DNA from: an uncultured Phycisphaerales bacterium
Lineage (GTDB): Bacteria; Planctomycetota; Phycisphaerae; Tepidisphaerales; Tepidisphaeraceae
Direction: 5' to 3'
Length of the DNA stretch: 64,000 bases
NCBI GenBank assembly: GCA_963755915.1
Contig: CAVWLP010000002.1
Span: 2,464,001-2,528,000, forward strand
The translations under genes and the position numbers were made by a program. The notes under the pieces were generated by a model. The model was not told where the DNA came from and made no database searches. It saw nothing but the letters and a program-made list of their open reading frames with translations. Of this stretch, positions 34,359 through 44,912 are shown in pieces. How positions within the stretch are numbered: position 1 is the first letter of the stretch; each line of letters opens with the position of its first letter.

Positions 34359-34418
34359 TTCTGAGGCAATTTCGCAATCAGGAAATTCACTGGAAACTCA
34401 ACATTGGGAGGAACGCAT

Positions 34419-35349
34419 ATGAACAGCGGAACTCGATGCGGCTTAGTCGCAGTTGGCGCGGGTCTTTTACTGGCCTTATGCGCCCGGCGTTACAGGGGCA
34501 GATCACCGGGATCGTCAGTTCGGATGTGCAGGGGTTCTTCGGGTCGGCGAATGATTCTTACCAGCAGTCCGAATTTCCCGGCCCTGGGAGCTGGGCTCCC
34601 ATTGGCTTCCCGCTTCCGAACGGTCCGACGCCGCTTCCCGGCGTTCCGAAATTGTACGTCGGTTATCCGAACGCGGTTGCTCCTGTCGTCTCGAACATCG
34701 GCTTCCAGCGCCGGCCGGGCATGCGCCGGGCGCTCCGTTCAGTGATAGCATCACCACTGCCGACTATCACATCTACGGCGGCGACTTCGGTCCATTGACG
34801 AAGACGGGCAATGCCTACGTCCGGCTGGGAAATAACAGCGCAACACTCATGTATTTGGACCAGCCTACGGGGGCCGTGGGTTACGCCTACGAGGAAGAGC
34901 AGTTCGTGATCGATTACAGCGTAGGGCCCAGTGGGCTGCTTCCCAGCCCCACGCCGGGGCCGCGGCCGTATCTGATCTTCGGAAATTTCAACCCCGGCGG
35001 GTCGGCGGAGTTTGGGGCGCAGGTTAACTACTGGTTCCAGCCGACACTTCCGGGAACAACGCTGGCCAATGGGCCGGCTACATTTCTTGGAAATCTGAAT
35101 TACGACGACTACATGAACACCGTAACCGGTCCGTTCTTTACATCCGTATCAGATACGACGGCAGGTCTTTTGGGTGTGCCGGCGGGTTCGATCGGGGTTC
35201 TGGAGTTGACCGGGGATATGTATGTGATGGGTGATCCGGTGGATATCTCGGTGGAGGCGGTGGTTCCTGAGCCGGCGAGCCTGGGGTTAATTGCCACGGC
35301 GGGCTTGCTGCTGTGCCGGCGGCCGAAACTTCACCGCCCGCTGCGCTAG
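34419..35349 (+). CDS. PEP-CTERM protein, paralog 3 (frameshifts)
   Basis: SD ggagga, 'VQGFFGS', 'LELTGDMYVMGDP' and VPEPASLGL...RR. Confidence 0.8.
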
Positions 35350-35454
35350 AGCAGGCAGAGATTGCGGAGAGAATTCAAGAGGGTCGCGCAGAGCGCTGAG
35401 CGCGGAGAGGGGCAGGATTCGAGTTTCTTCTCTCTCTGCGCCTCAGCGCCTCTG

Positions 35455-37427
35455 GTGCGTCAGTGAAACCGGTTTTGTCTTGTGAACTGAAAGGAGTTCA
35501 CCATGGAATGACCCGTTAGCCGTGTAGCCGCCCGGGCGTGACGACGGAGCAATCGGTCGCGCGAAGCCCCGGAAGGCGAAGGCGCGAGCCGTAGCGTTAA
35601 GCGAACCCAAACCAGCCTCGTTACGCCAATGGGAGTGGCCAACCCGTCAGAGAGGGCCAAGCCGGCGCGGACGATGAAGCAGCGGGTGCGAGCAATCGTC
35701 CGGCTCCTCGGGGTCGATGGGGACGGCGCGTGCCGACAGACAAGATCGGGAACTGAGAGACCCCACGCATCGTTGTGCGGCTCGTTGAAAAGACATAACC
35801 AAGGGACGGGAAGCGTGGGGAGTCGGATGGGCTCATAGTAGCTGAGAAGCGGGGTAATGCCCGTGAGCGGAGGCGAAGCCTGCCGCGAGCCAAGGAGCCC
35901 TGACGGTATCGAGCGGAAGTAAGAAGAAGAGAGGCCCGCTTGCAGGGACAACCTGACAGTACGGATGATCCGACAGACTTGCCGGAGCACCTGAGGGTGA
36001 ACTCCAGGGGTCTGCCGGGGAAAGTCTTTCTTCTGAGACAGAAGCTATACCTCAAAGCCAAGCGGGAACCGGGGTTTCGGTTTTACACCTTGTACGACCG
36101 GATCTGCCGGCGCGATGTTCTGGAAGCGGCGTGGGACCGGGTGTCCGCCAACGGCGGGGCGCCCGGCTTGGACGGGGTGAGCATCGAGAAGGTGCAAAAC
36201 TCCGAGCACGGCGTCAGTGGATTCCTGAGCGAGATCGAAGAATCGCTCAAGACCCGCACCTACCGCCCGCAGCCGGTGAAGCGCGTGTACATTCCCAAAG
36301 CCAACGGCAAGCGGCGTCCATTGGGCATCCCCACGATCCGAGATCGCGTGGTGCAGATGGCGGTGCTGCTGCTCATCGAGCCGATCTTCGAGGCGGATTT
36401 CCTGGACTGTTCGTATGGATTCCGTCCCGGTCGCTCGGCTCACGATGCGCTGGAGGCGATCAAGCAAAACCTCCAGCAGGGCCGAAGGGAAGTGTATGAC
36501 GCGGATTTGCAGTCGTACTTCGACACGATTCCCCATGAGAAACTGATGGCGTGTGTCCAGAAGCGGATCACGGACGGAAGCGTGCTGAAGCTGATCCGGA
36601 TGTGGCTGAAGGCGGTGATCGTCGAAGAAGGCGAGAAGCCCGGCGATCCACCGAAAGTCACCCGGAGCAAACAGGGAACGCCGCAGGGCGGAGTGATCTC
36701 GCCGCTGCTGGCCAACCTATATCTGCACTGGTTTGATAAATTGTTCCACCGATCCGATGGCCCGCATCGCTGGGCGAACGCCCGGCTGATCCGGTACGCC
36801 GACGACTTTGTCATCATGGCAAGGTATATAGGCCCTCAGATCAAGCAGTTCGTGGAACGCACGCTGCAAGGCCGGTTTGATCTGACGATCAACACCGACA
36901 AGACCCGCACGGTGAAGTTGAAAGAGCCGGGCGAAAGTCTGAACTTTCTCGGGTACAGGTTCCGGTACGACCGGAGCCTGCAAGGCGGGCCGGGGCGTTA
37001 TCTGAACCTCTGTCCTTCGAGCAAGTCGATGCAGCGTGAGCGGGACAAATTGCGGGAGATGACCGGACCCGAAGCAGGCTTTGTGCCCATCCCGGCGTTG
37101 ATCGTACAGATCAACGAGCACCTGAGAGGATGGGCCAACTACTTCGGCAAAGGCTATCCGCGCAAGGCGTTCCGTCAGATCAACCGATTTGTGCAGGAGC
37201 GACTGGAACGACACCTTAAACGTCGCAGCCAGCGTCCGTTCCGTGTGCGCGGAGCGAGGAGCTGGTACGAACAGTTGCAGCGTCTGGGCCTCATCAGCCT
37301 GCGACCTGTTCCGACCGTGAATGCTTGAGAAGAACAATACCGTGAGAGCCGGATGCGGGAAACCCGCTCGTCCGGTTCGAAGAGGGAGAGCTGAGCGGCA
37401 ATCGGGTCGTTCAGTTCTCTACTCTAC
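35455..37427 (+). mobile_element. Group II intron, complete (~1973 nt)
   Basis: 5' GTGCG; domain V GAGCCGGATGCGGGAAACCCGCTCGTCCGGTTC (AGC triad); domain VI ending ...CTCTAC; the exons rejoin to a REP arm. Confidence 0.93.
35940..37328 (+). CDS. ltrA: Group II intron reverse transcriptase/maturase, no obvious endonuclease domain
   Basis: 'APGLDG', '[11 protein letters not shown]', '[17 protein letters not shown]', RYADD, X domain 'GWANYF'. Confidence 0.96.
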   Translation: MQGQPDSTDDPTDLPEHLRVNSRGLPGKVFLLRQKLYLKAKREPGFRFYTLYDRICRRDVLEAAWDRVSANGGAPGLDGVSIEKVQNSEHGVSGFLSEIEESLKTRTYRPQPVKRVYIPKANGKRRPLGIPTIRDRVVQMAVLLLIEPIFEADFLDCSYGFRPGRSAHDALEAIKQNLQQGRREVYDADLQSYFDTIPHEKLMACVQKRITDGSVLKLIRMWLKAVIVEEGEKPGDPPKVTRSKQGTPQGGVISPLLANLYLHWFDKLFHRSDGPHRWANARLIRYADDFVIMARYIGPQIKQFVERTLQGRFDLTINTDKTRTVKLKEPGESLNFLGYRFRYDRSLQGGPGRYLNLCPSSKSMQRERDKLREMTGPEAGFVPIPALIVQINEHLRGWANYFGKGYPRKAFRQINRFVQERLERHLKRRSQRPFRVRGARSWYEQLQRLGLISLRPVPTVNA

Positions 37428-37512
37428 CGCGAAACCCGCATTTTATTTTTATAGCTTGGGCGGGGAAGTAGATTGCCAAAAAACCGATCCGGTGCGGGCT
37501 CTCTTTGCTCTT

Positions 37513-37580
37513 CCTGGCGCCCTTGGCGTCTTGGCGGTTATAAAGATTTTTAACCGCCAAGACGCCAAGAGCGCCAAGAA
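37513..37580. repeat. CGCCAAG-family 9-mer inverted repeat (empty IS110 target)
   Basis: cctggcgcccttggcgtcttggcggtt ... aaccgccaagacgccaagagcgccaagaa. Confidence 0.8.
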
Positions 37581-37702
37581 ATGCAAGAACGGAAATAACA
37601 GGAATTGCGCCCTGTGCGGGAGGCGCAGGACATCGCGGAGACAAGTTTATCCCCGTGCTACTGGCGGTTAGAAAAACTGATTAATTGCGTAATAAGAATT
37701 GA

Positions 37703-37780
37703 TAACCACGGATTACACGGATTGCCCGGATGGGAAAGAGGCCCGATTCCCTGTCGGTGACATCCGCGTAATCCCCGGCG
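37703..37780. repeat. CACGGAT 9-mer-type imperfect inverted repeat
   Basis: aaccacggattacacggattgcccggat ... atccgcgtaatcccc. Confidence 0.55.
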
Positions 37781-37809
37781 GAAAATTCATTTCCCAGAAG
37801 CGAAAATTA

Positions 37810-38413
37810 TCATCCCGGCTTGGTGATTTTCTCTTCGCTCGCGGGTGAAAGCGTCTCCACGATCCGCGCCACAATCTCTGCCGGCTCGGTCATCCGGCCA
37901 AGTCCAACATTGCGGCAGGCGAGCCAGCCCGGCTCGGGGCCGATGAAGCGGTAGCCGAGGCCGCTGAGCTTTGTGACGTTCTGCTGGTTGATTGGGTTCT
38001 CCCACATGCGGTTGTTCATCGCGGGGGCGAAGATGACCGGGCAGGCGGCGGCGCTGGTCATCAGGCTGATCAGATCATCCGTCAGGCCGGTGGCGATTTT
38101 GGCGAGGATGTTGGCCGTCGCGGGGGCGACGAGCATCAGATCTGCTCGCTCGGTCAGGGCGATGTGCTGGGGGTCGGAACTGTCGGGGAGATCGAAGATG
38201 CCGGTGTGGACGGGGCGTGCCGGAGAGGGCCTGGAAGGTGAGCGGGGCGACGAATTTCTGGGCGTCGGGGGTCATGGCGACTGTTACGCCGGCACCCAAC
38301 TGCACCAGCTTGCTGACTACGTCCGCGACTTTGTACGCGGCGATGCCGCCGCAGACGCCGACGATGATCTCGCGACCCTTTAGCGTGTCGGGATTGGGAG
38401 GGGGTGGGGGCAT
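37810..38413 (-). CDS. coaC: Phosphopantothenoylcysteine decarboxylase (CoaC flavoprotein only; frameshift)
   Basis: 'GVCGGIAAYK', 'VAPATAN..AK.A.G..DD', 'APAMN..MW', 'G.LAC..VG.GRM.EP'. Confidence 0.88.
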
Positions 38414-38445
38414 CTGGTTTTCTTGCGGCGAGCCGTTCGGCAGGC

Positions 38446-38708
38446 TCACGGCGAGCAAGCTCGCCGGCTACACGAATGGCGCGATTCGACTTCTTCGGGG
38501 GCGATCAGGCCGCTGGCTTCGTAATCAATCGCGATTTTGTCCTGCAGGACTTCCTGGATGGCGACTTCCAGGTCGGTCATGTTGTGGCGCTCGACCAGGG
38601 GGCGGCGCCGTCCATGAGTTCGAGGACGCGTTTCTGGATGAGGGCGGTGAGCTTAAAACGGCCGCCGACTTTGGCCACGATTTGATCGCTCTTCAGTGCT
38701 TCAATCAT
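38446..38708 (-). CDS. rpoZ: RNA polymerase omega subunit (frameshift; 3' end uncertain)
   Basis: 'MIEALKSDQIVAKVGGRFKLTALIQKR..EL..G ... LEVAIQE..QDKI'; lies between gmk and coaC. Confidence 0.8.
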
Positions 38709-38711
38709 AGA

Positions 38712-39306
38712 TTAGAGGCCTCCACTGCGTTTGTGTTTGATGATCTTGACGATTTCCTCGACCGCGCGGTTGAGATCGTCGTTAATAACCATGTAATCGA
38801 AGGCGCGGCTTCCTTTGGCCATGTGAATTTCGCGTTTTGCGGCCCGGAAGCGTTTGGCGATTTCTTCTGAGCTGTCCCGGCCACGGGCCTGGAGACGATG
38901 CAGAAGTGTAGGCTCGTCGGGCGGTAGAATGAAGATAGTCAAAGCCTGGGGATATTGAAAGCGCACCTGAAGTGCCCCCTGGACGTCAATTTCGAGCAAA
39001 ATGTCCTTTCCGGGGGCCAAAAGATCGAGGGCGGGGTGCTTGGGGGTGCCGTAATAATCGTCGTAAACCTGGGCATATTCGAGGAATTCGTCGCCGTCGA
39101 GGCGGTGGAAGAACTCTTCGCGGGAGACGTGGTCGTATTTTTTGCCCTGGTCTTCCTCGCCGGGGCGATGGGGGCGGGTGGTGGCGCTGACGATGTAGGT
39201 GACGTTGAAGTTGTGCTCGATCTGGCGGGAGATGGTGCTCTTACCGACGCCGGAGGGGCCGCAGAGGACGATCAGCAGGCCGGGATGTTTCGTGGGGTGC
39301 GGGCAT
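38712..39306 (-). CDS. gmk: Guanylate kinase (frameshifted)
   Basis: 'GPSGVGKST', 'SATTR..RPGE', 'YYGTP', 'LEIDVQGA'. Confidence 0.93.
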
Positions 39307-39312
39307 TGAAAT

Positions 39313-40193
39313 TTATTCCACGTTCTGGACCTGTTCCTTGAGCCGGTCGATGTCGCCCTTGATTTCGACGATGTGGGCGGCGATCTGGGCGTCGTTGGCT
39401 TTCGAGGCGATGGTGTTGGCCTCGCGAAGCATTTCCTGGGCGATGAAGTCGAGCTTGCGGCCGGCGTGCTCGCCGGTCTTGCAGGCGTGCTCGAAGGCTT
39501 CGAGATGGCTGGTGAGGCGCTGGATTTCCTCGCTGATGTCGGCGCGTTCGGCGAAGACGGCGACTTCCTTGAGAAGATCGGGCTGGCTGACTTGAAGCTC
39601 GGCCTTGCTGAGGAGCAGGTTCACGCGCTGGGTCAGGCGCTTGTGATAGTCTTCGATGACGGTGGGGCGCGTTTCTGGATTTCGGCCAGATCGGAGGAGA
39701 TCGGCTGGAGTGCTTGAGCAGATCGGTCATGAGCGACTGTCCCTCGCGGGTGCGCATGGCGATGAGCTTGCCGATGGCGGTGTTGGTGAGGTCGCGGATG
39801 ACGTTGCCGTGGTGGGCGATTTCATCGGTTTCGTCGCGTGGTTCCTGGCAGACGCCGGGGAGCTGGACGAGGCTGGCGAGGTCGATCTGGACGATCTTGT
39901 CGAGGCCGCTGCACCTGCTGGAGCTGTTCGAGATAGGCGGTGAGGGCGTGGGTGTTGAGGTGGTAGGCGGCCTCGGCGCTGTCGGTGCGCATCTTGAGGA
40001 TATAGGTGATGGAGCCGCGGCCGAGGCGTTCGCGGAGAATGGTTTCGAGCTCGGGTTCCAGTCCGCTGACGTTGTCGGGGAGTTTGATGACGGATTTGAA
40101 GAATCGGTTGTTGAGGGAGCGGATTTCGACGGAGTAGTGGGTTCCGTCGCGTTCGTCGGAGGCGTCGCCAAATCCGGTCATGCTGACGATCAT
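39313..40193 (-). CDS. yicC: YicC/YloC-family endoribonuclease (frameshifted)
   Basis: 'SMTGFG', 'EIRSLNNRF', 'DISEE..RL.SH', 'GRKLDF..QEM.REANTI.SK', 'EQVQNVE'. Confidence 0.92.
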
Positions 40194-40221
40194 GCGGGGT
40201 GTTTCCGTGAAGTTTGGGGGG

Positions 40222-40535
40222 CTAGTGGCCGGTTGGGGGCGTCTGGGTTGGGACTTGCTGGGTTTGCCCGCCGAAGTGGGCGTGCGCTGGGACGCGTCGA
40301 ATTTTTCGGCGACGAGGTTCAGGACCATTGCCAGGATGATGAAGACAGCGAAGACGATGCTGGTAGCCCAGGTGAGGACGTCGCCGGTTTTGGCGCCGAA
40401 GGCGGTGTTTCCGCCCGCGCCACCGAAGGCGCTGGAGAGGCCTCCGCCGCGGCCTTTCTGGATCAGGACGAGGAGGATCAGGATGCCGGACATGAAGAGG
40501 AAGAGGAGGAGGAAGGTCCAGTAGAGATAGAACAT
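40222..40535 (-). CDS. secG: Preprotein translocase SecG (3' end uncertain)
   Basis: 'LVLIQKGRGGGLSSAFGG.GG..AFG.K'; lies downstream of tpiA. Confidence 0.9.
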
Positions 40536-40592
40536 TGTTGGCTCCGTTAGATCATGGGCAGATACGTCGCGGCCCTTTTGGGAGATCGAAGA

Positions 40593-40622
40593 GCGCCCTG
40601 CAAACAGGGCGGCTACACGGGG
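40593..40622 (-). repeat. GTAG-type REP (copies at 40593 and 44495; relatives at 38450, 41439, 44854)
   Basis: Minus strand reads GTAG + ccgccctg-N4-cagggcg palindrome; near-identical copy at 44495-44524. Confidence 0.7.
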
Positions 40623-40658
40623 AGAAGAGGGAAAATCGGTCGCGATCTCTTGGTTTCA

Positions 40659-41406
40659 TTATAGCGCCGCATTTGCGATGGCTAAAAAGGTTTCGGGTTT
40701 GAGGGCTGCGCCACCGATCAGGCCGCCGTCGACATCCGGCTGGGAGAGAAGGCCCTTGGCGTTTTCGGGCTTCATGCTGCCGCCGTATTGAATGCGGACA
40801 TGGTCGGCGAAATCGTTATTCCAGATTTTGGCAATGTGCTGGCGGATAAAGGCGTGGACTTCCTGGGCCTGGGCGTCGGTGGCGTTCGGCCGGTGCCGAT
40901 GGCCCAGACGGGCTCGTAGGCGATGACGAGGCGGGTGGGGTCCTGGATAGAGTGTGGAGAGTTCGTCGAGCTGGCGGCTGCAGATTTCGTTAAGGTCTCG
41001 CCGGCATCGCGCTGCTCGAGTTTTTCGCCGACGCAGTGGATGAGCGTCAGTCCGCCATCGTAGATGGCTTGGGCTTTGCGGGAGACGATTTCGTGAGGTT
41101 TCGCCGAGGACATGGCGGCGTTCGCTGTGGCCGGCGAGGACGAATTTCACGCCGAAGTCTTTGAGCATTTCGACGGAAATTTCGCCGGTGAAGGCGCCGT
41201 TTTTTTCGAAATAGACATCCTGGCGCCCAGCAGGACGGAGGAGCCGGCGATGGCCTGGGAGACGGCATCGAGATAGACAAAGGGCGGGGCGATGCCGACC
41301 TGGACGCCGGCGGGCGCACCTTTGGCGACGGCTTTGGCCAGGTCGATGGCGGCGGCCTTGACGTGTTCATTTTCCAGTTACCGGCGACGAATTTGGTTCG
41401 GGACAT
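40659..41406 (-). CDS. tpiA: Triosephosphate isomerase (frameshifted)
   Basis: AGNWKMN, GAFTGE, GHSERR, AYEPVWAIGTG, YGGS, DGGLIGGA. Confidence 0.96.
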
Positions 41407-41453
41407 TATTACTCCATTGAACAAACATGGACGCGTTTCCCTTCGGGGCGCGG

Positions 41454-42517
41454 CTAAACGGAGGCGCGTGCGGGTTCGGAGCTTTCAGCGAATTCCTTGT
41501 TGAAGATCGCGGCGATTTTTCGGAGTTGGATCATCAGTTCGCGGAACGTTTCGGGCAGCAGCGCCTGGGGACCGTCGCATTGGGCTTCGCTGGGGCAGTA
41601 GTGGACCTCGACGATGATGCCATGGGCGCCGGCGGCCATTCCGGCGGCGGCGATGCTGGGGACGTAATCGCGTTTGCCGGCGGCGTGGCTGGGATCGACG
41701 ATGATCGGCAGGTGCGTCCAGCCCTGGGCGACGGGGATGCTGGTGACGTCCAGGGTGTAGCGAATGGAGTCTTCAAAGGTCTTGATGCCGCGCTCGCAGA
41801 GGATGACGCCGCGATTTCCCTGGCTGAGGACGTATTCGGCGGAGAGGAGCCAGTCCTTGACGGTGGCGGCGAGGCCGCGCTTGAGGAGGACAGGCTTTCG
41901 GGTTTTGCCGACCTCGCGGAGGAGGTCGAAATTCTGCATGTTGCGGGCGCCGATCTGGAAGCAGTCGACGAATTTTTCCATCTGCTCGACCTGGCGGGTG
42001 TCCATGACTTCGACGCAGATGGGCAGGCCGAGCTCGTCGCCGACATTCGCGCATCCACTGGAGGGCGGAGGTTCCGAGGCCCTGGAAGGAGTAGGGGCTG
42101 GTGCGGGGCTTGTAGACCCCGCCGCGGAGAATGGTGGCGCCGCCTTCGCGGACTTCGCGGGCGATGCGTTCGAGCATGGGGCGGTTTTCGACGGCGCAGG
42201 GCCCGGCGATGCAGGCGGCGTGGGGACCGCCGATTTTCACCTTGGGGACGTTTCCCCCGCCGATTTCGACGATGCTGTCATCCTCCTGGAACTCGCGGCT
42301 GGCGAGCTTGTAGGGCTTCATGATGGGGACGACTTTTTCTACGCCGTCGAGGGAGGCGAGGTGGTTCTGGTCGATGAGGCCTTCTTCGCCGACGGCGCCG
42401 ATGACGGTGCGGAAGCGTCCCGGTGCTGAGGTGGGGCTGGCAGCCCATGCGCTGGATTTCGGAGACGACGCGGTCGATAGCCGCCTGGGGGGCGTGTGAA
42501 GCCATTACGACGATCAA
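41454..42517 (-). CDS. aroF: DAHP synthase, type I-beta with N-terminal regulatory domain (frameshifted)
   Basis: IAGPCAVE, KPRTSPYSFQG, QIGARNMQNF, LKRG, CERGI, DPSH. Confidence 0.95.
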
Positions 42518-42684
42518 GCGAATTCTCCAGTGAAAAGACGGTTTCTGTGCCCTACGAGGGGGTAAGGGGTTATTTTACGGGGTGGGAAGGGGAGAAACAA
42601 TATGGGTCAATTGCCGATTGCCGATTGCTCCCGGCGCGCCGGGACCGAATGGAAATGCGGGAAATGCGTGCTCTGCGGTGAGAT

Positions 42685-43959
42685 TTATGCGTGTTCGGGG
42701 ACGGGGTGGGGAAGGATTTCGATTTTGACGCGTTTGATGCGTTGGGGTTCGGCTTCGAGGACGGTGTAGCGGGTTTTGTCGTGTTCGTAGACGGCGCCTT
42801 TTTCGGGGATGCGGGCGAGGCTGGTGGTGAGGAAACCGGCGAGGGTTTCGTAGCCGGCGTCTTCGGGGAGGTTCAGGCCGGCTTGGCGGTTTAGGTCCTC
42901 GATTCTTATGCGGGCGTCGGCGTCTACGGTTTTGTCGTCGATTTTTTTGAGCATTGCGGGTTCGTCGGCGTCGTGCTCGTCGGCCATCTCGCCGACGAGT
43001 TCTTCCAAAACATCTTCCAGCGTGACGATGCCCGCCGTCGAGCCGTATTCGTCGAGGACGACGGCGAAGTGGACCTTCTGGTGTCGGAAGTCGCTGAGTA
43101 GGTCGCCGAGGGCTTTGGTTTCGGGGACGTAGATGGCGGGGCGCACGATCTGGCGGATCTGGAATTGGGGATTAGGGTTGCCGAGGAGCTTGATGAGGTC
43201 GCGGGCGTGGAGGATGCCGACGACGTGGTCGAGATTTTTTTCGAAGACGGGGATGCGCGAATGGCGGGATTCCTCGATGGTGCGCTTGACCTGGTCGAGC
43301 GAGGCATCGGTGGGAAGGGCGATGACGTCGGGGCGGGTGGTCATGATGTGGCCGGCGGTGGTGTTGCGGAATTCGATGACCGATTCGATCATCTCGCGTT
43401 CCTGCTCGTCGACGACGCCTTCTTTTTCGCCCTCCTCGACGGCGGATAGGATTTCATCCTCGATGTTCTCCTCGCTCTGATGTTCCTGGGCGCCCAGCGC
43501 GCGGCGGACGACGTCGTCGGTGCGGTGCATGAGCTTGGGGATGGGGAAAAAGATCAGGCGGAGATAGTGAAGGACGGGGGCGAAGAAGCCGACGATTTCC
43601 GAGCCGGCGTATTTTGCGGCAGCGTGGGGAATGGTGACGGCGAAGAAGATGGCGATCGCGCCGGCGACGATGACGGTGAGCGCATAACGAACCCATCGTC
43701 CGTATTCGGTCTGCTCGAAGCAGGCGAAGACCAGCACGAAGATGAGCATGTTGGAGACCTGGCGGAGGATGGCGGTGAGGAAGGTGAGGTCGGAGGTGTT
43801 TTCGATGATGGTTTCATACCAGCGGTCGGCGTCGCGCTTGCCGAGGAATTCAGCGAAGCGGGTGCGGGAGAATTCGCGCAGGCAGTAGGTGAGGGTGGAG
43901 AAGAAGAAGGAGAGGAGGGATGCGAGAACCACGCCGGCGATGGTGAGGGAAAGGGACAT
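42685..43959 (-). CDS. Hemolysin-family CNNM/CBS/CorC_HlyC protein
   Basis: N-terminal TMs, 'HSRIPV', 'VLDEYGSTAGIVTLEDVLEELVGE' and CorC-like C-terminus. Confidence 0.92.
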   Translation of the reverse strand: MSLSLTIAGVVLASLLSFFFSTLTYCLREFSRTRFAEFLGKRDADRWYETIIENTSDLTFLTAILRQVSNMLIFVLVFACFEQTEYGRWVRYALTVIVAGAIAIFFAVTIPHAAAKYAGSEIVGFFAPVLHYLRLIFFPIPKLMHRTDDVVRRALGAQEHQSEENIEDEILSAVEEGEKEGVVDEQEREMIESVIEFRNTTAGHIMTTRPDVIALPTDASLDQVKRTIEESRHSRIPVFEKNLDHVVGILHARDLIKLLGNPNPQFQIRQIVRPAIYVPETKALGDLLSDFRHQKVHFAVVLDEYGSTAGIVTLEDVLEELVGEMADEHDADEPAMLKKIDDKTVDADARIRIEDLNRQAGLNLPEDAGYETLAGFLTTSLARIPEKGAVYEHDKTRYTVLEAEPQRIKRVKIEILPHPVPEHA

Positions 43960-44432
43960 TAGCGTGCGCCGCGGCTGCGTGAAAAGACGGGTCCGATTCC
44001 CAGACTGGTGAGAATCTGATCTTCCTTAGCGTGCATTGCCGCAAAACCCCTCGCGGTTCTATCGTCGAAGTCGGAGAGATGCAACAAGCCGTGGATGGCG
44101 TAGAGGAGGAGCTCGTGGCAAATGGGGTGGCCGAGGGATTTTGCGCGGGAGCGGGCGATGGTGGAGCAGAGGACGATTTCGCCGGAGAGGGGTTTGCCGG
44201 CGGGGGACTGGTCGAGTTCGAAGGTGAGGACGTCGGTGGGGGTGGGGTCATTTAGATACTGTTTGTGGAGGCGGGAGATTTGGGAGGCGGGGATGACGGC
44301 GATGGAGAGCTCGCGGAGGGGGGAGCGGAGGAGCTTGTGGGCGGCGAGGATTCCGCAGCGGAGTGTGGGGATGCAGTTTTGCGCGGCTTTGGCGCTGATG
44401 TTCAGGTGAAGCGATGATTTCTTTGTGGTCAT
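43959..44432 (-). CDS. ybeY: rRNA maturation endoribonuclease YbeY
   Basis: 'PTDVLTF' and 'HGLLHL..FDD'. Confidence 0.92.
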   Translation of the reverse strand: MTTKKSSLHLNISAKAAQNCIPTLRCGILAAHKLLRSPLRELSIAVIPASQISRLHKQYLNDPTPTDVLTFELDQSPAGKPLSGEIVLCSTIARSRAKSLGHPICHELLLYAIHGLLHLSDFDDRTARGFAAMHAKEDQILTSLGIGPVFSRSRGAR

Positions 44433-44514
44433 GGTGGAAAGGTTACGATCATATCAAAGCAAACGAGGAGGCAGCGATTTGTGTATTCGAGGAAGCGCCC
44501 TGCAAGCAGGGCGG

Positions 44515-44799
44515 CTACACGGGGTGGAATTTATCCAATCGCGGAACCGGAGGAGGGGGGGTTGGCGATGGGCGCCGGCGCGGGCGCCCGTTGGCGTGGG
44601 GTTTAATGCTCGTTACCAGCAGGAGATCGACGATTTCGATTGTGCCGTCGGGCATGCCAACGCCGACGGTTTGGCCGGGGGCTGCGATTGCGAGGCATTC
44701 GGGATTGGGCACTTCGAGCGTGCGGCCGTCGGCGAGGTGCATTTCGAAGGGGTGAAATGGCTGGGCTCTGTGGGCTCTTCTGATCTGCTCAATGGTCAT
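44515..44799 (-). CDS. Small hypothetical protein
   Basis: 'AQPFHPFEMHLADGRTLEVPNPE'; own promoter-like TATAAT upstream; flanked by REPs. Confidence 0.7.
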   Translation of the reverse strand: MTIEQIRRAHRAQPFHPFEMHLADGRTLEVPNPECLAIAAPGQTVGVGMPDGTIEIVDLLLVTSIKPHANGRPRRRPSPTPPPPVPRLDKFHPV

Positions 44800-44912
44800 G
44801 CGTGGGATTATATCAGACTAAATATGGATGACACGATTCTGGGGCGACCCGAAACGCGCACCCCTTCGGGGTTGCGGCTAAACGGGGATGTGTTGTGATT
44901 GCGGTAGGGATT

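Noticed and set aside
35940-37328. DGR, retron or defence-associated RT
   Set aside because: Flanked by canonical group II intron boundaries with domains V and VI; no TR/VR pair was seen in the neighbouring PEP-CTERM genes.
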